Positions 28,864-39,759 of a stretch of 64,000 nucleotides of DNA are shown here, piece after piece. Each line of letters opens with the position of its first letter. Position 1 is the stretch's first letter. The notes under the pieces are model-generated. The model was given only the letters and a program-made list of their open reading frames with translations. It was not told where the DNA came from and searched no databases. The stretch lies in the IMG/VR virus record IMGVR_UViG_3300016662_000010. The stretch is one strand, 5' to 3'. Made by a program: the position numbers and the translations under genes. Origin of the DNA: an uncultured virus (IMG/VR IMGVR_UViG_3300016662_000010) (Duplodnaviria > Heunggongvirae > Uroviricota > Caudoviricetes).

Positions 28864-29268
28864 TCAAACCAAGCGATAGGTGCAAAGAACGCCGTAATTA
28901 GCAGTGCCACTTAGCACCACGTTCAGCTTGTCTCCCGCCGTGGTATCAAACAAACCCAGATCGTTGCCCATTGTCACGGTATTACCAGAAGGCACCCGTA
29001 ACCGTGGCGTCAGATTGCCACTGGCGCCCGTCTGGAACCGGAGGGAGCATGGCGCATCAGCCGTTAGGGCCAGCCCCAACACCCTCACCTTGTAGCCGCT
29101 CACGGCCGCCACCACGTCTGCACTGGCCGCGCCATCAACTTGAGCGCTCAGTAGCCCAAAGGCTACAGTGTCATGGACTGTGGAATACGGCGACCCTGCA
29201 GTGCCACTCCCGGCCGCATTGATATAGGCATCATTGCCATTTGCATCACGACCGTAGAGAGGAGGCAT
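28864..29268 (-). CDS. Small virion structural protein
   Basis: Beta-rich, SG-rich ORF in tail cluster. Confidence 0.6.
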   Translation of the reverse strand: MPPLYGRDANGNDAYINAAGSGTAGSPYSTVHDTVAFGLLSAQVDGAASADVVAAVSGYKVRVLGLALTADAPCSLRFQTGASGNLTPRLRVPSGNTVTMGNDLGLFDTTAGDKLNVVLSGTANYGVLCTYRLV

Positions 29269-29301
29269 AATCTTTCGCTATCAATGCTGATTGTAACAAG
29301 C

Positions 29302-29964
29302 CTATGGATCAAAAGCTCGTTTCACCTTGAAAGCGAAACTGGTGCGATTGGGACCTTCATGGCTGGCATTCCAGGTGAAAGGATCAAGACGGTATTTGTA
29401 AGGCTGAGTGTCGCTGCCAATCCGGCTCCAGAAATAAGAGCCATTAAGACTGGACAGGGCAGCATCAAGAGCTTGAGCATGGCTGTCAGTTAGCGGGACC
29501 GTAGTGATGTCATAAGCCTGCCCCCTTGGATTGATGCCATCGCTACTGATCTGCTCATAACCATCACCAAATCCGGCACGCCTTATTCTTAGCGTAGCGC
29601 TACCCTGGACTGTCGCTTCGTAGGCTTCAGGAAAATAACGTTTTGCTGTGAAGGACACAATGTTGGCATTGGGACCAATCGTTTGCCACGACCATTCGTC
29701 AGGTTCAAGGCGATAATAATGTGGCACCTTATCCATGAAGAACTGGGACACAAACAGCCCACCATTCAGTCCTGCCAGTTTCTCGTCTAGCTTGGCCGCT
29801 GCTGCATCAGAAATGGGGACGGTTTTGATTTCGTATTGACGCCCTTCCTTGAATACTTCCGCTGGAGTGGTGCCAGACGATTGCGCAATCGTAAAAACAC
29901 GCGCTTGATATTCCTTCCTTACCGTCAGGCCATACTCTACGCCTAGCGAAAGAACAACAGTCAT
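29302..29964 (-). CDS. Minor tail protein M-like, internally duplicated
   Basis: FGDGYEQISSDGINP (lambda gpM-like); two similar halves. Confidence 0.75.
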   Translation of the reverse strand: MTVVLSLGVEYGLTVRKEYQARVFTIAQSSGTTPAEVFKEGRQYEIKTVPISDAAAAKLDEKLAGLNGGLFVSQFFMDKVPHYYRLEPDEWSWQTIGPNANIVSFTAKRYFPEAYEATVQGSATLRIRRAGFGDGYEQISSDGINPRGQAYDITTVPLTDSHAQALDAALSSLNGSYFWSRIGSDTQPYKYRLDPFTWNASHEGPNRTSFAFKVKRAFDP

Positions 29965-30314
29965 TAGACGATGGCCAAAAGGAAAACGTTGGTGGGCTCC
30001 TTAAACAAAGCCTCCATTCCCATGATAGGCCGCAAGCCAGTCGTCGCAAAGCCAGTCTTGTCGCCATTCACCAATACGCTCTGCACTCTCACTTGTAGCT
30101 CATAAGCGTCTTCTAATGTCACATCAATCGAAGGGCTGGTCACTTCGCCAACACGCTCAAAATCGTCAGTGAGGCGATAGCGACGCTCAACAATGTAACT
30201 GCCAATCCTCGGATCCACAATGCTTGCGGCCCATACTGCACCAGGCAGCACGTTAGACAGGATCGTATAAGGCAGAAACGATGGAGGCTGCCAAGTGATT
30301 GTGACGGTTTTCAT
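29964..30314 (-). CDS. FN3-like tail-tip protein
   Basis: TITWQPP...YIVE...YELQVRVQSV. Confidence 0.55.
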   Translation of the reverse strand: MKTVTITWQPPSFLPYTILSNVLPGAVWAASIVDPRIGSYIVERRYRLTDDFERVGEVTSPSIDVTLEDAYELQVRVQSVLVNGDKTGFATTGLRPIMGMEALFKEPTNVFLLAIV

Positions 30315-32872
30315 TGTGCCTTAATCGTGAATCCAATGTCGCTGGCCGCTACTGCAAGATTGTCCGTGTCGTGGCGACGTACGGCAGCCCGTTGTGCTGA
30401 TGCTGGACTGCCTTGCCCATTATTGACATAATCGTACTTGGCTTCATCGTATCGAATGGCCACAACATCATAGGATTTATCGGCACCTTCCTTAACGGAC
30501 TGCACCTTATAGGCCCTAAACGTAGAATCAGAACGCCCACGAGCAATGAGCCAATTCTGCTGAGAAGTGGGAAGCAATGGAAAGGGCTGTGCGGTGGCAA
30601 TCGTACGGCCAACGATTGACGCAATAGGCAAACGCTGCGCTACGCCAGTGCTGCCATAAGTCCAGAGGCTATAGTCTGTAAGTCCACTTGGTAAGTCCCC
30701 ATCAATAACGATCGAAGAGGCGGCAGCGCTAACAATTCGCCCGCCAAGACGAGAACCATGTTTCAATGGGTCGGCAATCAGGATGGGATCACCTGGCAGC
30801 AGCAAAGCCCCTTCACTAGACAGCGAAAACGATACGGTTTCACCATTGGCTAAATTGGTGGCCAGAAAATACCTCCCCGCTCGCTCAGCCTGCTGAATGG
30901 TGGTGGCTCCAAAAGCTCGGATTTCGGCTAGCCGATAGCCATAGCGGGCAATAGCGTCACGATCTTCCACCAATACTTTCTTTTCGGTGAAGAAGTCGCG
31001 CTCATCATTGTAACTAACTTGCACGGCAGTTTGTCGTGCCGCTCTTGCAGTGCCTTCGTAGCGAAATGCTGGAGTTGTGATTTCTCCATCGCTCTCTTCT
31101 TGTACGACATTAGCCTCAGAGAACAACTTAAAGTCCTCGTCGCTAACCACATCATCAACAGTTAAGAAGATGGAATTGCCAGCATAGAAAGCCTGCGATT
31201 GGAACATTGACGCAACATTCTGCACCACCTCATAGGAATCAGCATCACTATCCAGATAGGCATTGAAGCGCACGTTATTGCGGTCGCAATAGTCAGCGGC
31301 TTTCTTGAACGCAGCCAGGCTCGCATTGTTCATTTTGATGCCCGGCTGATTCACTACTGTCCCAGTGCCGGCAAGCGTATAGGACCTTCCGCCAAGGCCA
31401 AAGCGAGGATTGGTGAGCATGTCCAGCAGCACGTAAGCTGGATTGTTGCTGTATTCGTACGAAACGTTAAGAGAGGAGTCAATGGTGGGGACAATACGCC
31501 CTTCGGCTAAGATGCCAATTTGCGGAATACTGGTGAAGTCCGTTGTGTTGAACTCCAATGCCAGCAGCGCAGAAGTGGGATACAGCAGCCTTTCGTCCCA
31601 TTCCACATCAGCACTTACCCATTGAAAATCTCCTTTGGTCAAGTTAACTTGAGTGCTACTTGTCTTTCCAGTAGTGATGCTGGTTTCTTGCCCCACTGGA
31701 ATTGGCGTGTCAATACGTTGTACCGACAATGAGATTGGCATGTCTCGGCCTGTGCAATCATACGAAATGTTGCGAATCTTAGTGGCTAAAGCTGGTCCAG
31801 CCTCGTAATAGTTATCATCCCTAAATGGCACGCCATTTGCAAGTAGCTTCACGTTCCATCCAATAGGTGTCCAAGTGATGTCACTACTGCCATTGATCGG
31901 CAAGTACGAAATCTTGGTTACAACGTCATTATTGGTGTTAATACCAGTGGTTCGCGTGACTTGGGCATACACCGGACCATAGCGAAATCTAAGCCTGATT
32001 CGATCTGCATACTTTTGAGTGAAACTGCGAACCGTTGGTGCATAATTACCTGCCACAAAGTCCTGCTGTACTGGAATGTGAAAACCAGCACTTTTGACCA
32101 ACGTGATGTAGTCACCACCGGAAGATTGATTGCCGTCAACAAATTGCGCGTTATAGCCAGCAAAGCCAGAAAACCTCGCGCCATTAACGTAAACATTATC
32201 TGCAATCGGACCAATGCCAACAAAGCCTTTGATTGGCCCTTCTGATACCAGCCCCAGCCAGTAGCCCTTATTGTCATCCGAAACGTAAGACGATAATACA
32301 GGCGCACTCCTCACTAGATACCGCCCATAAAGCACCGGAATTGGCACGCCTTGAGACGTGGTATCAGCAGCACGATCAAACACCACTGCATCAGTGTCCT
32401 TGCGCTCTCCAGAACTACTGGACTTACGTTGTGGAATGCCAGGCGTAATGGCCTGCACAATGCCTCCAAGGACCATGGAGGAGCCCAAGGTGAACAGTCC
32501 TGTCTTGACCATGGCGGCCACTGTTCCTGCCGCTGGAGCCGCCAGAAACAAGGACGTAGCGACTAGGGCTGCCCCAATCAGAATCTTTCCTACAGGACCA
32601 CCAAAAAAGCCCCCAGGCGCTGCTCCGCTAATGATTGGCACCAACACCATTTCGGCGCATTGCATTGATAACTGGCCGTATTCAATGCCTTGTTCCCAAT
32701 GGTTTGTCAGAACCTTCCAGTAGATGCCATGCTCATGGCTTACTGTCAGAAAGTTGCGAAAGCCAGGTACCAAAATAAATAGTGACTGCAGAGCTTCCTG
32801 TGGTGTACTAACGCTCAGACTGTGCTCGGCTCCAAAGCGTTCGCCAGCAATGCCTTTGAGGACAATTTTCAT
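30311..32872 (-). CDS. Tail-tip protein: gpI-like N-terminus fused to gpJ-like central tip domain
   Basis: LKG...FG...LVPIISG, QGVPIPVLYG, VSEGPIKG, YSNNPAY...LTNPRFGLG, LLPGDPILIAD. Confidence 0.85.
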   Translation of the reverse strand: MKIVLKGIAGERFGAEHSLSVSTPQEALQSLFILVPGFRNFLTVSHEHGIYWKVLTNHWEQGIEYGQLSMQCAEMVLVPIISGAAPGGFFGGPVGKILIGAALVATSLFLAAPAAGTVAAMVKTGLFTLGSSMVLGGIVQAITPGIPQRKSSSSGERKDTDAVVFDRAADTTSQGVPIPVLYGRYLVRSAPVLSSYVSDDNKGYWLGLVSEGPIKGFVGIGPIADNVYVNGARFSGFAGYNAQFVDGNQSSGGDYITLVKSAGFHIPVQQDFVAGNYAPTVRSFTQKYADRIRLRFRYGPVYAQVTRTTGINTNNDVVTKISYLPINGSSDITWTPIGWNVKLLANGVPFRDDNYYEAGPALATKIRNISYDCTGRDMPISLSVQRIDTPIPVGQETSITTGKTSSTQVNLTKGDFQWVSADVEWDERLLYPTSALLALEFNTTDFTSIPQIGILAEGRIVPTIDSSLNVSYEYSNNPAYVLLDMLTNPRFGLGGRSYTLAGTGTVVNQPGIKMNNASLAAFKKAADYCDRNNVRFNAYLDSDADSYEVVQNVASMFQSQAFYAGNSIFLTVDDVVSDEDFKLFSEANVVQEESDGEITTPAFRYEGTARAARQTAVQVSYNDERDFFTEKKVLVEDRDAIARYGYRLAEIRAFGATTIQQAERAGRYFLATNLANGETVSFSLSSEGALLLPGDPILIADPLKHGSRLGGRIVSAAASSIVIDGDLPSGLTDYSLWTYGSTGVAQRLPIASIVGRTIATAQPFPLLPTSQQNWLIARGRSDSTFRAYKVQSVKEGADKSYDVVAIRYDEAKYDYVNNGQGSPASAQRAAVRRHDTDNLAVAASDIGFTIKAQ

Positions 32873-33222
32873 TGTTGGCTAATGTTGGCAATTCGTGAAA
32901 AACTACCGTCTTCACTAAGTATCTCCACTGTATCAGTGGCAACGATGTAGACGATGGAGGGAATACCAAGGAACTTGGCCATTTGCAAGTCCTGCTCACT
33001 AAAGCCTTGCTCTCCCTCTGGATGACTATGATAAAAACCCTCCACGTCATAATCAAGCCACACCATTGGGTCCATCTCAAAGCGCTTGGTTGGCCATGGA
33101 GAAGTGTTAATACATGGGATGGCCATTTCATGCGCCAACACGCCACACGCCTCATTTGGTGCTGCCTCTTGCCCATGGACTGCAATGGCTTTAAGAATGG
33201 TCGGTGTAATCTCCATGGTCAA
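32869..33222 (-). CDS. JAB/MPN tail assembly protein (gpK N-domain only)
   Basis: PNEACG, YHSHP...S..D. Confidence 0.85.
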   Translation of the reverse strand: MTMEITPTILKAIAVHGQEAAPNEACGVLAHEMAIPCINTSPWPTKRFEMDPMVWLDYDVEGFYHSHPEGEQGFSEQDLQMAKFLGIPSIVYIVATDTVEILSEDGSFSRIANISQQ

Positions 33223-33920
33223 ACCTGTGCCGTAGGGAATCCCCCAAACCGCAATCGTAGCCCAGCATTGCCAAACCTACGCTCGCACGCTTCTAGGCTT
33301 TTATTGCAAGTGGTTTCGCCAGTAGGCTCTGCTCCTGCCCATTGACACTCTGGACCGCGATAAACAAACGGGCAATAGTTGGCATAAATCCGTCGTCGTG
33401 GAATTGTTAGCCCCTCATTGTCAAACACAGAAGCCAGTTCCCAGGTGATTGTCAGCTTAGTTTCTTCCACCTTGCGATTGATGTACCATTCGTCTGGCGC
33501 ATGATGGGCACTCGCATCATAAGAGCCTTGCACAGTTCCACCACCAATGCGTCGGACAAACTTGGCATAAGTAGAAAGACGCACAAAACGAAATCCAAGC
33601 AAGTCGTCGTAGCTTTCTGAAAGAATGGTGAAAGCGCGGTCAACATTGGCGATAGTGAGCGATGGAGAGGGGAGGCGGTTACTGCCAGTTAGCTCAAAGC
33701 CAGTGGCGGAAATTGGTACTGGAAGATAAGTGCGAAGTGTGCCGCCATCGTCCACGTATTCAATGGCCTGGCCGCCAGATTGCTCGGGACTGACAAGATA
33801 CTGAATAGCGGGGCCTGCGCCGGGAAACACGGCAGATCCATCAATGATGAAAAGGTCTAGGCGAGTGTCCTCGACAAGACTTCGAGCTTCGTTGATGATG
33901 CCACTAGGAGCCAGCGTCAT
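33219..33920 (-). CDS. Minor tail protein L
   Basis: PSLTIAN, CPFVYRGPEC...C.K...C..RF...FGGFP. Confidence 0.9.
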   Translation of the reverse strand: MTLAPSGIINEARSLVEDTRLDLFIIDGSAVFPGAGPAIQYLVSPEQSGGQAIEYVDDGGTLRTYLPVPISATGFELTGSNRLPSPSLTIANVDRAFTILSESYDDLLGFRFVRLSTYAKFVRRIGGGTVQGSYDASAHHAPDEWYINRKVEETKLTITWELASVFDNEGLTIPRRRIYANYCPFVYRGPECQWAGAEPTGETTCNKSLEACERRFGNAGLRLRFGGFPTAQV

Positions 33921-36900
33921 TGGCGATACAGGAGTCCCCCAGGCCGTTGTTCGCTAAGGATAGCTTGCTTGACGGCCTTATCAAGCACCCCAGCGAGCTT
34001 ATTGCCTTGATCACCAGTGATTTGAGATTCGGCAGTGGCACCAGCAGAGGAATTACTGATGTTGACAGCAATGGAAGTGGAGTAGTTGCTGCCGACATTG
34101 CCTTTCAAGTCAACTGGCACTGCGCGATTATTCGGCATTGGAATAATGGCTTCGTTGTAGCGCCCCTCGCCAAGGAGTCCAAGGGTGGGGCCAGTGGCAA
34201 TCCCGCCATTGGCGAACTTGAAAACCCTTTGATTGCCAAGCATAAATTGTGAAGTGTCGATGCCAGTGTCGGTAGAAAAGCCATTAAACGAACTCTCGAT
34301 CGAAGACTGTGGACCATTCTTGCTCAGGCCAAGTACATTAAACAAGAACGAAAGCCCTTGATTCTTAAGACTATCTAGTCCTCCCTGAATCACCGAAGCT
34401 GCCATTTGCTTGAAAGCGTCTTTGACGGCATTGGCGGCTTGCGCAAGAATTGAGGTGGCCATCCGATTGATAAAGTCTTTCAGCTTTTCCCCTTTTTCTC
34501 TTGTGCTTTCATTGAAATCAGACCAAACCGTTGCAAGATTAACAATGGCAGGAGCAAGCGTGGAGCTAATCGTATCGCCAAGATTTGTTAATTGTGATTG
34601 AAACGCTTTTGCCTTGTCCACGTCAAGCAACTTTTGGGCAAACCGTAATGCCTTTTGCGGGTCTTCAATTCCAGCAAGCCTCACCTCAGCAAGTTTTTGC
34701 TGAAGTCCCGGCGCTTTCCCTAGCATTGCATATTCCTTGGCTAATTCAAGATTGTATTTCAATGCAGCCCCTTGTTCGATTGATGCAATGAGATTGCGCC
34801 TGCGTGCTGGCTCTTGCTCATTGATTTTTTTCAGCGTTTCGTCTCCCGCTTTTGTCAATGCTTCATACTGCTCCAAGGAAATTTCCCCGAGCCTTTTGGA
34901 CTCCTTGTATCCCTCTTTTTGTATTTCTAGTTTCTTGCGCAAGCTCTCAAATACTGCATCTTGATTGCCAAGTTCATCAACAAGCGCTGGATTGATCTTA
35001 TTAACAAGCAACTGCTCTTGGGCCGAGAAGGATTGATTGGCGCTAATTATCTTCCTATCCATTTCCCCTAATGATTCGTCTAGTAAGTCCGATACCCTTT
35101 TCAGTTCATCGGCATAATTTTTGGCCCGTTGAGATTCTTTTGTAATTGTGACCAGTCTGGATTCAGTGTTTTGAAGCCGCTTCATTTCTGGCGTTGGGCC
35201 ACTAATAACCTTACCGGCTTTGTTGGTCACAGTGGGACCGTTGGGGCCATAAGGAAAATGGGTTTTATTATCTGCGGGATAGAGCTTGTCCGATTCTTTT
35301 GCGACTGGAGTCGCAACGGGCTTCGGCTTTGCTTGCGCCATCACCCAGTCGGGCATGTCCGGTCCACCCTTCCCCGTATATTTGCTTGCGCCCTGCCCCG
35401 ACTCAGACTCTGGCGGTAATCGTTTTTCGGCGGGAATGCCAAGCATTTTCTCAATGTCAGCAATTCGTGGAGCGACAATTCGTTGGTCTACATTTTCATA
35501 CCGAGGATGCAAGCCCACCATCAATCGCTGTGTACTAATAAGTATCATTTCATGCTGCAAGTTTATACTGCGCATTGCTGACAGCATTGTCTGCCCTTGC
35601 TTCCTAGCGGTATCAACAATCAAGTCTCTTACATTCTTGGCGTGCTCCTCTCCAATTTTCTTTACCTTAAGTGCATTGTCTTCGGCCAGTTTGTTAATTT
35701 CTTGCGCGTTTTTATTGCGCATTTTATCCAGATCTTTCTGTCTTTTGTCTTGCTTAATTGCATTATCCTCCTCCAGTCGGGTGATTGCTTCACGATTTTC
35801 GCGGGCCACCTTGGAGACACGAGCCTGCTCTCGTAACGCACTAATGTCTTGGCCATTGAGCAAAGCCGATGAAATGGCCTGCGCTTCTGCCGCATCCACT
35901 GAAGTGTCAACAATATCACGACGAATGCGTGCAATATTAAGCTCAGCACTACGCCTTTGCTCGGTCAATGATTCCTCAAAGTCCCGCATTTCGTCCGCAT
36001 GGCGCTTTCTTAGGTCTTGCAGATTGTTCTCGTAATCTTCTCGCGCCTTGGCTAGGTCATCGTCTCTTTTGCTCATCAATTCACCGTATCGTTCCGCAAG
36101 GGAAACAAGCTCTTTTTTGCTAGCCTCAGCCGCTGCTAATGCTTGTTCTTTGGCGCCATTTTTAATTTGGTCATCTAGTTTTTTCAGGGAAGCCTCAGCA
36201 GCACTTAGCGTTGCAAGTCGCTGTTCTTTGCTTTTTACGCCTTCTGTGTTCTTGGAAGGAATTAGCGCCATTTGCGCTAACCATGATTCATCAAAAGCAT
36301 TGAGCGAGCTTTGTAAAAATGACGACTGCATCTCCTTTTTCCGCTGTGCAATTTCTTTTCTAAGCGATGCTATGTCTTCGGTCACACTTTTTCGGGAACG
36401 TTGTCCAGATAGGACCTGTTCGACAATTCCGCCAGATGAAAGTTGATTACTTAACAGCCCATATTGCTGCATTTTTTTAATAACTTGGTCAAAGGCGTTT
36501 ACAGCGCCTGTAGCCCACTCTTGGAAGGCAGCACCAATCGGAGCAAGTGCTCCACCAACAGAGCCTTGAAGCCTTTTCAGGGCAGCATCTAATCGTTGTC
36601 CAGCGTATTCAGGCCCTTTGGCAATTTCTCGTGCCGACTGTCCATAGGTCTGCAAGAGTCCCTTGTTGAACCTGATGAAATTATCAAGCCCCACTTGCCC
36701 CCGTTCTAGAGCCTCTTTAAGTGATGCTGTGCTCATGTTATTGAATCGAGCAAACAATGCAAATGCGCCAGGGATTCGCTCAGACAACTGCCCAACAAGT
36801 TCTTCGCTTTGTACAGTTCCTTTTGCAAAAATCTGAGTAACAGCACGCATGGAACCTTCAAGATCATCAGCACTACCTCCAGTGGCGATGGAGGCAGCAG

Positions 36901-39250
36901 TAACGCCTTCAAAAATATCTTTTGTGGTTTTTGCGCTATAGCCCGCCGCCAATACAGAGGCTTGGAGTTTAGTGTAGGGCTGAATCACCTTGTCAATACT
37001 CATGCCAAACGTATTGCTGATACTATTGATAGCCTTCAGGTTGGCTTGATAGTTCTCAAAACTACCACTAACACCAGCCAATGCAATCCTGAGCCGAGAC
37101 AATGAAGCGGCATAAGTGGCAGAAGCATTGGCAGCAGCCAAAAGCTGATCACCAGTTTGGCCAATAGCGGCACCAGTGAAAGAGCCTGGAATGCCGCCCA
37201 TCAAGCCTCCAGCAAGGCCGCCTATGGCGCTGAGAGGGCTTCCTGCTAAGCCACCACCATATAGCACAGCGCCAGCCGCAGCGCCACTACGCTCGCCCAT
37301 GGTGAGGGGCTTGCGGGTGATGCGATCCATTTGTTGTTCTGTTCGCTGAATCTGGCGGTTCAGCTTACGATACTCGCTTGTTGTTGCACTGACGTTGTGT
37401 ATCTCACTTCGGTACTGCTGCAGGCGAGCCTCTAGTTGATTGATAGAGCCAGGCGCTGCAGCCCCCATTCGCACCCGAGCGTTAATTGCTTCAGCCTTTT
37501 CGCCCAACTTTCCCATCTGAATTGTCAGGCGGGAAATCTGCTCTTGATACCTAGACCATTCTTTAGTATCCGGCTTAATCTGCGATGCCTCAATTTGCAA
37601 AGCCTGAAGCTCTTTGTTTAAGCGCGTAAGAGAACCTTCCTCAAAGAACCGAGAGCTAGCCCGCAGTCGTTCCACTTGCCCAATGTTTTGGGCGCGTTCA
37701 ATTTCGCCTTGCCGAAAACCAGCACTTGCTTGTAAACTCCTAAAACGACGACTATTGATGGGCGTCTTGTTAATCAGCGCATCAATTTCATTTACCTGAT
37801 TGTAAAGGCCCTTGATTTCAGCGATAACATTCCCAAACTTGTCTCGGAGGTTATACGAACGCAAAACGCTATCAGACAGCCTTGGAAGATTTGCCCTTGG
37901 CAGGCTCGGTGGACCAATAGGATTACTAGGCCCCTGCCTCCTTCCACCTCCTCCCATTGCGCCCCCAAGTTGTGCAGATAGCCTTTTCGCTGCTGCTATA
38001 GCCTTGGAAGCACCACTTGTGATCCCATCGGCAAGCCTTTCGGAGAAGTCTTTTCCAGCCTTGGCTCCACCATTGGCAATCGCTTGACCTGGCGCTTTAA
38101 GTGCTTGATCTAACGCTCGTTCCAGTTCGCCTTTTTGGCCGATAATTCGCCTAACCATTGCTTCTGTCGGCTTTCCAGCTCGCTCATTCGCCAATCCCGT
38201 GATGTCAACTGGCAGATTTTCAACACCAGCCTGGCGAATGGCACGACGGTAATATCCAGGCCGCATGGTAGTAGCGGCAAGACGATCACCTAGTTCAAGA
38301 AAAGAACGATTGACTGCTGGTGGTTTGATTGTATTTTCTACTTGGACTTTGCGAATAGCATCTTTCATTGCCCTGTCCATCAACTTGCCTAGGGCTTGAA
38401 TGCTTTTAACTGCCCCTGGCCCTTCTTTCTGGATCCCCTGAACCAGTCCTTGAATGGCATACAAGCCAATCTTCATAAACTCCCTTGATGGCGAGGCAAT
38501 GCCTAGGGTATTTTTGATTTGCTTAAGTGTTGCCAGTCCAAGTCGTTCTGCGGCGGTTTTGGCTGTACTATTCCCAGCAGTGAGAGATTTCACAAAGCCA
38601 GCAATAGCTTGGTCTCCGGCTTGCTCTAACCCCTTGACCAGTGCTTCTCGTGTGGCTGCTACTGAAGGCTTAGCAATACCCTCCAAACCAGGCAGGGCAA
38701 TACCTTTCCTGCGAGCCAAGCCTGTAAGTTGCTCTAGCTCTGCTCCCTGCCGGGGGAATGTCTTTGCCCCACGAATTAAATTAGCAAGTTGTGCTTTCGC
38801 GGCTGTAATTCCAGCCGGATCTAGCACCTTAAACTCAACCTCAATCGGCCCTGTTTTTTCTGTTTCGGCTTGCAGGGCGGAATGTAACTGCTTAGCTTGC
38901 TGCTGAGCAACTTTCTTGATTTCAGTAGACGGCAGCGCCTTTTGCAAGGCCGCTGGCGTAAGGGCAGGCATGGACAATTCCATGCTTGCCTTGATTTGAT
39001 TCTGCTTAAAATATGCAATGGTCTGGCGAAGGTGACGCTGCTTTAGGTCAAGCTCAGCGTTCAGTGCCTTGAGTTGAGATAGGTCAACGTGCGGGACAAT
39101 TTCAGCACCAAATTGCCGATGAAGACTTTTAATTTCCTTCTCGACACGAGGAATTATTGCGCTACTAACTTGCTGCTGAAGGCCCTTAATCTCCCTCTGC
39201 ACCTTAGGTGCATTGGTTGTGAACAGAATCTCGTATGCACCGTTAGGCAC
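33917..39250 (-). CDS. Tail tape measure protein
   Basis: 1777 aa, helical; LGIASPSR, QIFAKGTVQSEEL, FANGG...GEG...EAIIP, EQRPGGLL. Confidence 0.93.
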   Translation of the reverse strand: MPNGAYEILFTTNAPKVQREIKGLQQQVSSAIIPRVEKEIKSLHRQFGAEIVPHVDLSQLKALNAELDLKQRHLRQTIAYFKQNQIKASMELSMPALTPAALQKALPSTEIKKVAQQQAKQLHSALQAETEKTGPIEVEFKVLDPAGITAAKAQLANLIRGAKTFPRQGAELEQLTGLARRKGIALPGLEGIAKPSVAATREALVKGLEQAGDQAIAGFVKSLTAGNSTAKTAAERLGLATLKQIKNTLGIASPSREFMKIGLYAIQGLVQGIQKEGPGAVKSIQALGKLMDRAMKDAIRKVQVENTIKPPAVNRSFLELGDRLAATTMRPGYYRRAIRQAGVENLPVDITGLANERAGKPTEAMVRRIIGQKGELERALDQALKAPGQAIANGGAKAGKDFSERLADGITSGASKAIAAAKRLSAQLGGAMGGGGRRQGPSNPIGPPSLPRANLPRLSDSVLRSYNLRDKFGNVIAEIKGLYNQVNEIDALINKTPINSRRFRSLQASAGFRQGEIERAQNIGQVERLRASSRFFEEGSLTRLNKELQALQIEASQIKPDTKEWSRYQEQISRLTIQMGKLGEKAEAINARVRMGAAAPGSINQLEARLQQYRSEIHNVSATTSEYRKLNRQIQRTEQQMDRITRKPLTMGERSGAAAGAVLYGGGLAGSPLSAIGGLAGGLMGGIPGSFTGAAIGQTGDQLLAAANASATYAASLSRLRIALAGVSGSFENYQANLKAINSISNTFGMSIDKVIQPYTKLQASVLAAGYSAKTTKDIFEGVTAASIATGGSADDLEGSMRAVTQIFAKGTVQSEELVGQLSERIPGAFALFARFNNMSTASLKEALERGQVGLDNFIRFNKGLLQTYGQSAREIAKGPEYAGQRLDAALKRLQGSVGGALAPIGAAFQEWATGAVNAFDQVIKKMQQYGLLSNQLSSGGIVEQVLSGQRSRKSVTEDIASLRKEIAQRKKEMQSSFLQSSLNAFDESWLAQMALIPSKNTEGVKSKEQRLATLSAAEASLKKLDDQIKNGAKEQALAAAEASKKELVSLAERYGELMSKRDDDLAKAREDYENNLQDLRKRHADEMRDFEESLTEQRRSAELNIARIRRDIVDTSVDAAEAQAISSALLNGQDISALREQARVSKVARENREAITRLEEDNAIKQDKRQKDLDKMRNKNAQEINKLAEDNALKVKKIGEEHAKNVRDLIVDTARKQGQTMLSAMRSINLQHEMILISTQRLMVGLHPRYENVDQRIVAPRIADIEKMLGIPAEKRLPPESESGQGASKYTGKGGPDMPDWVMAQAKPKPVATPVAKESDKLYPADNKTHFPYGPNGPTVTNKAGKVISGPTPEMKRLQNTESRLVTITKESQRAKNYADELKRVSDLLDESLGEMDRKIISANQSFSAQEQLLVNKINPALVDELGNQDAVFESLRKKLEIQKEGYKESKRLGEISLEQYEALTKAGDETLKKINEQEPARRRNLIASIEQGAALKYNLELAKEYAMLGKAPGLQQKLAEVRLAGIEDPQKALRFAQKLLDVDKAKAFQSQLTNLGDTISSTLAPAIVNLATVWSDFNESTREKGEKLKDFINRMATSILAQAANAVKDAFKQMAASVIQGGLDSLKNQGLSFLFNVLGLSKNGPQSSIESSFNGFSTDTGIDTSQFMLGNQRVFKFANGGIATGPTLGLLGEGRYNEAIIPMPNNRAVPVDLKGNVGSNYSTSIAVNISNSSAGATAESQITGDQGNKLAGVLDKAVKQAILSEQRPGGLLYRQ

Positions 39251-39252
39251 AA

Positions 39253-39759
39253 TCAGCCTCCCCCAAGTCGCCGCTTTCTAGTTTCGGCAATCGTTGTTTT
39301 CATTCTAAGCAATACCGGCAAAGTCCACGGCCTTCCTGGTACTGGCCTACAGTCTCTACCCAATAACTTTGGAGTGTAGCCATCATGCACAAACAAGGCA
39401 TAGTCCCGCTCATTATTTCCTGTCCATCGAAATAACGTAGCATTGGGCATGTCAAAACGCTGCTGACTGGCTTTCAATCCTCCCATGTCAACAATGTCTC
39501 GTGGCGAATAAGGCAAATTGCCTTCCGCTGATAAGTGGTCGCCATTCTCTCGCAATGTTCCCGTGACGCCCCTGACAATCTTTGGTACGCCATTCTCTCT
39601 GATCACGCTGATTCCTTCAGGACGGTTATAGGGAAAATCAAGCTCAAACGCCCCTTGGAACTCAAGTCCCACTCGGTCCATCAGTTCCTTGAACACTTCG
39701 CTGGGCAGCGAAATGGTCTTGGCAATCATGCGCATAGAATCGTAATTCTTAGATGCCAT
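39253..39759 (-). CDS. Tail completion/neck-like protein
   Basis: SPRDIVDMGGLKASQ...YALFVHDG...PGRPWT. Confidence 0.6.
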   Translation of the reverse strand: MASKNYDSMRMIAKTISLPSEVFKELMDRVGLEFQGAFELDFPYNRPEGISVIRENGVPKIVRGVTGTLRENGDHLSAEGNLPYSPRDIVDMGGLKASQQRFDMPNATLFRWTGNNERDYALFVHDGYTPKLLGRDCRPVPGRPWTLPVLLRMKTTIAETRKRRLGGG

